Assembly (NCBI GenBank): GCA_944333345.1
Contig: CALVKW010000002.1
Coordinates: 1 to 34,976, forward strand
From: an uncultured Bacilli bacterium
GTDB lineage: Bacteria; Bacillota_I; Bacilli_A; RF39; UBA660
Direction: 5' to 3'
DNA: 34,976 bases
In this document: in pieces, positions 9,303 through 16,925 of the stretch
Layout of the letters: the number at the start of each line of letters is the position of its first letter
Position numbering within the stretch: position 1 is the stretch's first letter
The notes under the pieces: generated by a model
Told to the model about the DNA's origin: nothing
What the model saw: the letters and a program-made list of their open reading frames with translations, nothing else
Database searches by the model: none
Translations under genes and position numbers: made by a program

Positions 9303-10136
9303 ATGAATCGATTTTTCCAAATTTTAGATTGTAATAAAGTTTTGGGGACTTGTTGTACAGATTATGGTTTGTTACATATTTTGGATATTATAAGACGAGC
9401 ACTTGATTTAATACAGTTAATGGTTCCTATTCTTTTGATGGTTGCTTTGGTAATTCAGTTTACGCAACTATTAGTTAATCCTGATGATGATAAGAAAAAG
9501 AAAAGTTTGATTAATAAGTTTAAAGCGGCATTCATTTGTTTTTTTGTACCATTTTTAGTTAATCTTGCTTTAGGTGTGCTTCCAGATGATATGGAAACCT
9601 TTCAATTGGGGGCTTGTTGGGATAGTGCCCGTATTTCTAGAGAAGTGTTAAAGGAACAAAACAGTACTTACGTTTCTACTACAAATAAAAAACCTAGTAC
9701 TTTTATCATTACGGATTTTCCGGATATACAAGGGGGTGGCAGTTCTGGTGAAGGAAGTACCACTGGTAGAGCAATTGTTGCTTATGCTAAAGAATTTGTA
9801 GGACAGCCTTATTCTTATGGTGGCTCATGGAACGGTGAAAGGCCTTATACTCCAACGGATTGTAGTGGCTTTGTTCAAGGGGTCTTTTCTCATTTTGGTA
9901 TTAGCTTACCACGTAGCAGTTCGGCTCAATGGGCAGCTACAAATACTTATACTTTAGTTACTGATGGTAATATTAAAGCAGGTGATGTTGTTATGTATAA
10001 TGGTCATGTTGGTATTTTAACGGGAAACGGAAAAGAAATGGTTCATGCTTCTAATGCAAGAGAGGGCATCAAAATATCAGAATCTTATGATTATCGGACT
10101 GTTCTTGGTATTATGCGAATTAATGGTGTTAATTAG
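9303..10136 (+). CDS. NlpC/P60 peptidoglycan endopeptidase with an N-terminal 2-TM hairpin module (the same module as in the T4SS-like genes at 30.3 and 31.7 kb)
   Basis: The C-terminal domain 'YSYGGSWNGERPYTPTDCSGFVQGVFSHFGISLPRSS...GDVVMYNGHVGILTGNGKEMVHAS' has the canonical P60 Cys/His/His. The N-terminal aa ~10-96 form two TM helices flanking 'NPDDDKKKK'. ATG 9303 is preferred over TTG 9300 (RBS GGGGTGG). Confidence 0.85.
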   Translation: MNRFFQILDCNKVLGTCCTDYGLLHILDIIRRALDLIQLMVPILLMVALVIQFTQLLVNPDDDKKKKSLINKFKAAFICFFVPFLVNLALGVLPDDMETFQLGACWDSARISREVLKEQNSTYVSTTNKKPSTFIITDFPDIQGGGSSGEGSTTGRAIVAYAKEFVGQPYSYGGSWNGERPYTPTDCSGFVQGVFSHFGISLPRSSSAQWAATNTYTLVTDGNIKAGDVVMYNGHVGILTGNGKEMVHASNAREGIKISESYDYRTVLGIMRINGVN

Positions 10137-10144
10137 GAGGTATT

Positions 10145-10921
10145 ATGTTTGGAGTGGAACATGTCAAAGAAAAAAAAGTGAATGGGTTAAGAAGACCTAG
10201 TCAAGTTCATACTTCTTTTCATTGGAAAAAGATTTTACCTTGGATTGGTGTTGCTTTTTTTATTGTATTATTGGTTGTTTACTATTTATATAAAAATTAT
10301 TATAGTAATTACAACTATATTAAACAAGATATATCTCAGTATTTAGTTTATACCACTTATCGTGATACCAATAATCAAAATATGCAAATAGAGATACCCT
10401 ATATTAACATAGATAGTGAAGATGCTAAGTTGGTTAATGAGGCGATTCAACGATATGCTGAAGATTTTTTGGCAGATGATAATAATTTAATTGTTTATGA
10501 TTCTCAGGTAAATGGTGAAGTGCTATCTGTTTTATTGAGAATGTCCGATTATCGTTCTGGCTATTCTTATCCAGAGGTTGATTTTCATACTTATAATTTT
10601 AATTTAAGGACACAAACTTTGATGAGTGATGAGCAAGTATTAGCTTTGTTTGATGTTACTTCTGAAGATGTGGAGAAGCAGCTTCGAAATCAATTTGAAT
10701 TTTATTATAATGATGAAGTTGCAGAAGGGTATTTTGATTCTAGAGAGTGTGATTACGAATGCTTTTTAAATTGGAGAGGTGTTAGTGATTATTTGAATCC
10801 TATTTATTATTATATAAAAAATGGTAATTTAGTTGCCTATCGTCCTTTTTCTATTTATTCTGTATATGGAGAAGAAGAGTATTTTGATGATGATAGTTAT
10901 GAATTTTCTATTACTAATTAG
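10145..10921 (+). CDS. Membrane-anchored hypothetical protein (N-terminal TM, extracytoplasmic ~200-aa domain)
   Basis: RBS AGGAGG 5 nt upstream. Single TM 'ILPWIGVAFFIVLLVVYYLY'. The rest is acidic and aromatic-rich. 'IEIPYINIDSEDAKLVNEAIQRYAEDF' is faintly reminiscent of DUF3298/DUF4163-type domains, but I cannot assign it. Confidence 0.6.
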   Translation: MFGVEHVKEKKVNGLRRPSQVHTSFHWKKILPWIGVAFFIVLLVVYYLYKNYYSNYNYIKQDISQYLVYTTYRDTNNQNMQIEIPYINIDSEDAKLVNEAIQRYAEDFLADDNNLIVYDSQVNGEVLSVLLRMSDYRSGYSYPEVDFHTYNFNLRTQTLMSDEQVLALFDVTSEDVEKQLRNQFEFYYNDEVAEGYFDSRECDYECFLNWRGVSDYLNPIYYYIKNGNLVAYRPFSIYSVYGEEEYFDDDSYEFSITN

Positions 10922-10946
10922 GCAAGTTTTTACTTGCTTTTTCTTT
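10921..10946 (+). terminator. Rho-independent terminator
   Basis: GCAAGT (10922-10927) / ACTTGC (10932-10937), 4-nt loop, then TTTTTCTTT. Confidence 0.5.
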
Positions 10947-11167
10947 CATTTGATATTAATTAAATTGGGGAAGAGACAATATATGGAATTTTGCTATGAA
11001 ATAATCTTAATTAGAGGATTATACTGTGAGTTTAAATATTCAATGTCATAAGGAGTAAGACTAGTTAAAATATTCGTGGTTTCTAATAAAAAGTATTCTT
11101 GTTGAGATGTTTCATATTTTCTTTTCTTTTTCTCTTTCTTACTATATAATAAGTGCAGAGGTGAAGT

Positions 11168-12022
11168 ATGAAGATATTAGTCGAAGTTGCTAGTAAAGAT
11201 ATTTCTAGATATATTGGAAAATGTGATGCTATTTTATTGGGAATAGATAAATTTTCTGTTATGAATTCTGTTACTTTTCATGTTGATGAAATTAAAGATA
11301 TTGTATCTACTTATTCTGATATGGAGTTTTTTGTTAAAATGGATAAAAATATTTTTAATGATGAGATTGAAGAGGTTAAAAAGATATTACAACAATTAAA
11401 TACCATAAATATTCAGGGCGTCTTTTTTTATGATTTGGCAGTTTTAGAATTAAAAAAAGAACTCTCTTTATCTATCGATTTTGTATGGAGTCAAACACAT
11501 ATGGTTACGAATTATCGTACTTGTGATTATTATTATCAGCAAGGGGTTCGTTATGCTTTACTTTCGAAAGAAATTACCTTAGAGGAAATTTTGGATATTG
11601 CTAGAAACTCCTCTATAAAAACGATTGTAGAAGTGGTTAGTTTGCCAAGTGTTGGATATAGTCGGAGAAAATTAGTTCATAATTATTATGAAGATTTAGG
11701 TGAGAGTGGCAGTTCTACACTTTCTGTGTTAGAAAAAATTACTAATAAAAAGTATTTGGTAAAAGAGGAAAAAGAAGGTACTGGATTTTTGCTTGATGAG
11801 GTTTTAAATGGTACTAGTGTTATTTCTTCTTTATATCAAGCTGGGTGTAGTTATGTTTTATTTCGTGAAGAAGGAATTTCTAATTTCTTAGGGCTTCTTT
11901 CGGATGCTAAGAAATATATGGATGGAGGTTGTTTAGACTCTTCTTATGTAGAAAAATATAAAAAGTTAGGGGATAGTACTGGTTTCTTTTTTAAGAAGAC
12001 TATCTATAAGGTGAAAAAATGA
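11168..12022 (+). CDS. Peptidase U32 family protein, short paralogue (B. subtilis YrrN-like)
   Basis: 284 aa, RBS GAGGTGA. It sits immediately upstream of, and overlaps (ATGA), the long U32 gene, as yrrN-yrrO do in Bacillus. Its own motifs are weak, so the call is mainly positional and by size. Confidence 0.65.
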   Translation: MKILVEVASKDISRYIGKCDAILLGIDKFSVMNSVTFHVDEIKDIVSTYSDMEFFVKMDKNIFNDEIEEVKKILQQLNTINIQGVFFYDLAVLELKKELSLSIDFVWSQTHMVTNYRTCDYYYQQGVRYALLSKEITLEEILDIARNSSIKTIVEVVSLPSVGYSRRKLVHNYYEDLGESGSSTLSVLEKITNKKYLVKEEKEGTGFLLDEVLNGTSVISSLYQAGCSYVLFREEGISNFLGLLSDAKKYMDGGCLDSSYVEKYKKLGDSTGFFFKKTIYKVKK

Positions 12023-13206
12023 AGAAAATAGAGTTACTTTCTCCGGCTGGGGATTTGGAAAGATTAAAAGTTACTTTGTTGTATGGTGCTGATGCTGTCT
12101 ATATTGGTGGAGAAAAATATGGACTTAGAGCTAATGCTACTAATTTTACTTTAGAACAGATTCAAGAAGGGTGTAGTTTTGCACATAGCTTGGGGAAAAA
12201 AGTTTATCTTACTTTGAATATTGTTTTTCATAATGTGGATATGGAAGGTGTAGAAGAGTATATTTCTTCTGTAGTTGATTGTGGTATTGATGCTTTTATT
12301 GTTAGTGATCCTTTTATTATTTCCTATATTAAGAAAAAATTCTCTAATGTAGAAGTGCATTTATCTACTCAAAATTCTACTACTAATTATAAAGCTGTAG
12401 AATATTTTAAACAGGAAGGAATTGATAGAGTTGTTTTAGCACGAGAAGTATCCTTAAAAGATATGAAAGAAATTATTGATAAGACTGGAATGGATATAGA
12501 GGTTTTTATTCATGGGGCGATGTGCACTTGTTATAGTGGTAGATGTGCTTTGTCAAATTATGTTACTAACCGTGATGCTAATCGTGGTGGATGTGCTCAA
12601 GTTTGTAGGTTTTCTTTTGGGGTGGATGGTAAAAAGGATTTTACTTTTGCGACTAAGGATAATAATTTAGCTAGATATATTGGAAAGCTTATTGATATTG
12701 GGGTTACTAGTTTAAAGGTAGAGGGTAGGATGCGTTCTTTATACTATCTTGCTACTGTGATTGGTACTTATCGGGAGATTATTGATTCTTATTATGAAGG
12801 TAGTTTGACGGATGATAAGTTAGATGTGTTAGAAAAGAGACTTGCTAGAGTTGCTAATCGAGCGGTTTCTACCCATTTTTTATTAAAAGAAGCGGATGGG
12901 ACGGATCAATATTATACTGGTCGAAATGAGGCTAGTAACCAGGATTATTTAGGCCAGGTGATTTCTTATGATAAAGATTGTAAATTAGTAAAATTTTATG
13001 AAAGAAATTATTTTAAAATTGGAGATTTCGTGGAGTTATTTACTCCGAAGGGAGATAGGGTTTCTTTCGTGGTTGAAAAATTGTATGATGAAGATAAGAA
13101 TCCGTTAGATGTTGCTAGACATCCGGATAATATTTATTATTTATTTTTGGATACTGATATGGATATTGAAGAGTATTCTATGATTCGTTTGTTAAATGAG
13201 GTGTAA
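12019..13206 (+). CDS. Peptidase U32 family protein (B. subtilis YrrO-like; family implicated in tRNA ho5U synthesis)
   Basis: 'ELLSPAGDLERLKVTLLYGADAVYIGGEKYGLRA' and the U32 signature region 'EVFIHGAMCTCYSGRCALSNY'. Confidence 0.9.
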   Translation: MKKIELLSPAGDLERLKVTLLYGADAVYIGGEKYGLRANATNFTLEQIQEGCSFAHSLGKKVYLTLNIVFHNVDMEGVEEYISSVVDCGIDAFIVSDPFIISYIKKKFSNVEVHLSTQNSTTNYKAVEYFKQEGIDRVVLAREVSLKDMKEIIDKTGMDIEVFIHGAMCTCYSGRCALSNYVTNRDANRGGCAQVCRFSFGVDGKKDFTFATKDNNLARYIGKLIDIGVTSLKVEGRMRSLYYLATVIGTYREIIDSYYEGSLTDDKLDVLEKRLARVANRAVSTHFLLKEADGTDQYYTGRNEASNQDYLGQVISYDKDCKLVKFYERNYFKIGDFVELFTPKGDRVSFVVEKLYDEDKNPLDVARHPDNIYYLFLDTDMDIEEYSMIRLLNEV

Positions 13207-13208
13207 GT

Positions 13209-13544
13209 ATGAAATATTATGATGTTCCTATTTATCAGGGAAATACTACAATTAAAAAGTTAGAACCATGTGGTAATGTCGTTGTTTCTAGAGATATACT
13301 AGGACGAGTATTTTTAGCTTCTGATTCTACTCCTGTTGATGTTATCTCGTCTTATGAGTTAGAAATGATTTCTAAAAATTTATATTTGTCTGACAAAGAT
13401 ACTTTTCGAAATTATAAATATCATAAATTTATTGAAACTTTTGGGAGTTATTATTGTTGTTTACAAGAAGATTTGTTGGAGAAAAATCAAGTTGTTCCTT
13501 TTGTTCCTTTGGTGAGTAGTGTTCAAAAAAGAATAAAAAAGTAG
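13209..13544 (+). CDS. Hypothetical protein
   Basis: 111-aa ORF, RBS GAGGTG, 2-nt gap after the U32 gene. No motif recognised. Confidence 0.55.
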   Translation: MKYYDVPIYQGNTTIKKLEPCGNVVVSRDILGRVFLASDSTPVDVISSYELEMISKNLYLSDKDTFRNYKYHKFIETFGSYYCCLQEDLLEKNQVVPFVPLVSSVQKRIKK

Positions 13545-13570
13545 TTGTCAAATTATATGGGAGGAATCTT

Positions 13571-15340
13571 ATGAAAAAAGATTTTATGTTGGAGATGAAA
13601 AGTGAGGTTGAAAGAGTAAAAAAATATTCTTCGCCATTTGTTATTTTATTTAGTGCTTATCCTGGTTCTTTAAAATTTGAATTTGCTAGAGAGTTATCCA
13701 AAAAATTATCTATCTTTTTACTTAGTAATGACTATGTTCGTAATTATTTTTATCAACTTAGTGATGATGCTAATGAAGAGACGCGATTGAAGATTGAGGA
13801 TAAGGTTACTAATATTAATAATGAAAGATTGGAGTATTTGCTTTCTCATGGTATTTCTTTTGTGTATGATCAAAATGTAAATAATTTTCAATGTTTTGAA
13901 AAAATAGAGGAGAAGTTATTAAAACATTCTTATCAAATTATAAAGATTCGTATTCATTCTGAGGATTCTTTAAATATTGATACGATTAGTCATAGGAAAA
14001 TGGATTATTCTAATAAAGATTTTTCTGTCATTGGAGATAATGTTTTTTATGTTAGTAAGTTTCCTCGGGAAGTTTATTTTGAAATAAAAAATAGAAAAGA
14101 AATTGTTTTTGATGATGCGTGGTTTGATTACGTTGTAAAACGTAGAGAGAATGATAAGCAATTTATAAAAGATATGATGCTTGTTATAAATCAAATTAAG
14201 AGACGTTTTTGTTCTTCTATAGAGTTAGAGAAGATAAAAAGTAATTTCTTAAAGATTGAAGATACTTATTCTCCTTATGCTACGAAGAGTAGTGCTGCTA
14301 TTCGATTTGAGAAGATTGATGATGATATAAGGGCACCTTTTTTCCGAGATGTTGATCGTATTATTCATGCTCTTAGTTATACTAGATATGCAGATAAAAC
14401 ACAGGTCTATTCTTTTAAAGAGAACGATCATATTAGTGAAAGGATGCTTCATGTACAGTTGGTAAGTAAAGTCGCACGTACTATTGGAAGGGCTTTAAAT
14501 TTAAATTGCGATTTAATTGAAGCTATTGCTTTGGGACATGATGTTGGGCATACTCCTTTGGGCCATACGGGAGAGGCATTGCTTAATGAAATTTCTATCA
14601 AAGAATTGGGGGAATCATTCGCTCATAATATTCAGGGAGTTCGTCATTATATGGAAGTTGAGAATAATGGCAATGGCCTTAATTTAACTGTTCAAGTTCT
14701 TGATGGTATTATGTGTCATAATGGAGAGATGTTATCAAATGTTTATACCCCAGTTAAGAAGACTAAAGAGGAATTTTTATCACAATATCAAAATGCTTAT
14801 CATGATTTAAAAGAATCTAGTCATAATCATCCAATGACTTTAGAAGGATGCGTTGTTCGCATTAGTGATATTGTTGGTTATATTGGTCGAGATATTGAAG
14901 ATGCTATTGAACTTGGATTGTTCCGTCGAGAAGAACTCCCTAAAGAAATTACTGATGTATTGGGCAATACAAATAGTTCGATTATGAATACTGTTATTTT
15001 AGATATTATAGAAAACAGCTTGAATCATCCTTACATTGCCTTAAGTGACGATGTTTATCATGCTTTGTTTGCTCTGAAAAAATTTAATGGAAAAAAAATT
15101 TATAGTAAAAGTATGTGCCCGAAAGATATTGCATATTATCGTGAAGGGATGAATAAACTATATCATCTTTATTTAAATGATATAAAGCGTCAAAACACAT
15201 CTAGTATTATTTATACTTTATTTTTAAATGCTCAGAGTTCTCGTTATTTAACTTCTACCAATGATAAGCGAATGGTTATTGATTTTATTGCAGGCATGAC
15301 GGATGATATGTTTGTTAGAGAAATTGAGCGAGAGCTATAG
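13571..15340 (+). CDS. HD-domain dNTP (dGTP) triphosphohydrolase-like protein with an N-terminal ~200-aa degenerate P-loop-kinase-like extension
   Basis: 'HVQLVSKVARTIGRAL...AIALGHDVGHTPLGHTGE' fits the HDxGHxPFGHxGE dNTPase signature, with the C-terminal 'DFIAGMTDDMF'. The N-terminal 'PFVILFSAYPGSLKFEFAREL' sits where a Walker A would be but lacks GK[ST]. Confidence 0.8.
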   Translation: MKKDFMLEMKSEVERVKKYSSPFVILFSAYPGSLKFEFARELSKKLSIFLLSNDYVRNYFYQLSDDANEETRLKIEDKVTNINNERLEYLLSHGISFVYDQNVNNFQCFEKIEEKLLKHSYQIIKIRIHSEDSLNIDTISHRKMDYSNKDFSVIGDNVFYVSKFPREVYFEIKNRKEIVFDDAWFDYVVKRRENDKQFIKDMMLVINQIKRRFCSSIELEKIKSNFLKIEDTYSPYATKSSAAIRFEKIDDDIRAPFFRDVDRIIHALSYTRYADKTQVYSFKENDHISERMLHVQLVSKVARTIGRALNLNCDLIEAIALGHDVGHTPLGHTGEALLNEISIKELGESFAHNIQGVRHYMEVENNGNGLNLTVQVLDGIMCHNGEMLSNVYTPVKKTKEEFLSQYQNAYHDLKESSHNHPMTLEGCVVRISDIVGYIGRDIEDAIELGLFRREELPKEITDVLGNTNSSIMNTVILDIIENSLNHPYIALSDDVYHALFALKKFNGKKIYSKSMCPKDIAYYREGMNKLYHLYLNDIKRQNTSSIIYTLFLNAQSSRYLTSTNDKRMVIDFIAGMTDDMFVREIEREL

Positions 15341-15345
15341 AATTC

Positions 15346-15374
15346 TTGCTTTTTTTGAGAAAGTATGTTATAAT
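15346..15374 (+). promoter_or_regulatory. SigA-type promoter
   Basis: TTGCTT (15346-15351), 17-nt spacer, TATAAT (15369-15374) with an extended -10 TG (15366-15367). Confidence 0.5.
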
Positions 15375-15404
15375 GTGGCTACTTTATTGAAAAGAGGTAA
15401 AACT

Positions 15405-16157
15405 ATGAAATGTTATTTAGATGAAAAAGATTCTAGAGGGAGAGAATTATATATTACCGATGTAATTAAAGATAAGCCATCAGGTGATGATAAACAAAAT
15501 GATTCTACTTTTACTGTTCGTTATGCTAATGGTGATTTTGATAGAAAAGTTTTAAATACTAAAGGAAATCGAGAAATACTAAATAATATACTTACACAAC
15601 AAGCAAAGAATGGGGTTTTAGCTAGAGCAAAATTAGTGAAGCGCAAAGTGAAAGATACTGCGGCCTATTTAGGCAGTAGTGCTTGTTTTTGTTTAGGTGG
15701 TGGTTGTGGTGTTGGCGGCGCAATATCTACTCATGGAGTTGACTCTGTTCCTTTTTATATAGGTGTTGTGACTGCAGGAGTGCTTGGAATTGGTGCTATT
15801 ATGTTAACTGCCAAGGGTATGAAAAAGATTAAAGCAGTGAATGGAATGATTGAAGAAATTGATGAGAATAAGGCTCGTATCGATAACACTAAAACAGCAA
15901 GAGAGTGTTTAACTACTTCTTCTAATGCCTATCTAGCGTTAGAGGGTCAGTCTGAAGAAGAAAAAATTAATCGTGCTGGAAAATTATTTGATTATATTGA
16001 TGCAGGTGGCGATCCATTTTCTTTCTTAGCCGCAGAATTAGGTGAAGGTGTTACTACGGAAGAGATGGGCCATCTTGTAGCGCGTAGAGCAAGAGAGAAA
16101 AAAATAGGTCTTGCTTTTGGTCAGGGTTATTCTTATCAAGCAGTTTCTAAAAAATAG
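15405..16157 (+). CDS. Hypothetical membrane protein with a Gly-rich 2-TM hairpin
   Basis: The track ORF starts at 15303 and overlaps the previous gene. I prefer ATG 15405 (RBS AAGAGG 7 nt upstream, promoter at 15346-15374). Central 'AAYLGSSACFCLGGGCGVGGAIS...FYIGVVTAGVLGIGAIMLTA'. No family recognised. Confidence 0.6.
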   Translation: MKCYLDEKDSRGRELYITDVIKDKPSGDDKQNDSTFTVRYANGDFDRKVLNTKGNREILNNILTQQAKNGVLARAKLVKRKVKDTAAYLGSSACFCLGGGCGVGGAISTHGVDSVPFYIGVVTAGVLGIGAIMLTAKGMKKIKAVNGMIEEIDENKARIDNTKTARECLTTSSNAYLALEGQSEEEKINRAGKLFDYIDAGGDPFSFLAAELGEGVTTEEMGHLVARRAREKKIGLAFGQGYSYQAVSKK

Positions 16158-16182
16158 TAAGTAATAATTTTTTGATTGGGGA

Positions 16183-16211
16183 TTGCATATATTTTTTAAA
16201 TGTGATATACT
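16183..16211 (+). promoter_or_regulatory. SigA-type promoter for greA
   Basis: TTGCAT (16183-16188), 17-nt spacer, TATACT (16206-16211) preceded by TG (16203-16204). Confidence 0.5.
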
Positions 16212-16253
16212 ATCGCAAGTTGAGTTTAAAAATAAACATAATGAGGTGATATT

Positions 16254-16724
16254 ATGAAAAATAAAAATACAGTTTATTTAACACAAGAGGGGTTGGATAA
16301 TTTAAAGAAAGAATTAGATGATTTAATTAATGTTCGTCGTCCTGAAAATGTTCAAGCAATTAAAGAAGCTCGCGCTTTAGGAGATTTATCTGAAAATGCT
16401 GAATATGATGCTGCTCGTAACGAACAAGCCGTAATTGAAGCTAGAATTAAACAATTAGAAAAGATGCTAGAAAATGTTTCTATTATTACTGATGTATCTA
16501 CTGATTTTGTTGGTATTGGAAATACTGTTTCTATTAAATATGTAGATGATGATGAAGAAGATGAGTATAAGATTGTTGGTAGTCAAGAAGCAGATCCATT
16601 TGAAAGTAAAATTTCTAATGAAAGTCCTATTGCTAAAGCTTTATTTAATCATAAGGTAGGAGATATTGTTACTGTTGATAGTCCTAATGGTGCCTATCAG
16701 GTAGAAATTATTGCTATTCAATAA
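16254..16724 (+). CDS. greA: Transcription elongation factor GreA
   Basis: 'LTQEGLDNLKKELDDLINVRRPENVQAIKEARALGDLSENAEYDAARNEQAVIEARIKQLE' is the GreA coiled-coil signature, followed by the C-terminal FKBP-like domain 'SPIAKALFNHKVGD'. Confidence 0.95.
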   Translation: MKNKNTVYLTQEGLDNLKKELDDLINVRRPENVQAIKEARALGDLSENAEYDAARNEQAVIEARIKQLEKMLENVSIITDVSTDFVGIGNTVSIKYVDDDEEDEYKIVGSQEADPFESKISNESPIAKALFNHKVGDIVTVDSPNGAYQVEIIAIQ

Positions 16725-16750
16725 ATGAAGATTGAAATCTTCATTTTTTT
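16724..16750 (+). terminator. Rho-independent terminator after greA (end of the backbone block)
   Basis: AATGAAGA (16724-16731) / TCTTCATT (16738-16745), 6-nt loop (16732-16737), T-run 16744-16750. Confidence 0.75.
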
Positions 16751-16925
16751 GTTTATAAGAAATTTATTTTTCTAAAATGTAAATTTAAAAACTTGATAAA
16801 AAATAATCGATATATGAACAAAGTAAATTGAATTAATTTCATTCTTTTGTTCTTTTTGGAAAAAAACTTTTAAATTGAGAAAAAATACGGTATACTGATA
16901 GAGAATAAGAATAGAGGGTGTTTTT

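Noticed and set aside
10947-11167. The long non-coding spacer upstream of the U32 genes as a riboswitch, T-box or sRNA.
   Set aside because: I could not recognise any conserved riboswitch core, specifier/T-box motif or convincing terminator/antiterminator pair. It may just hold a promoter (TATAAT around 11143-11148). This is left as a covariance-model check rather than a claim.
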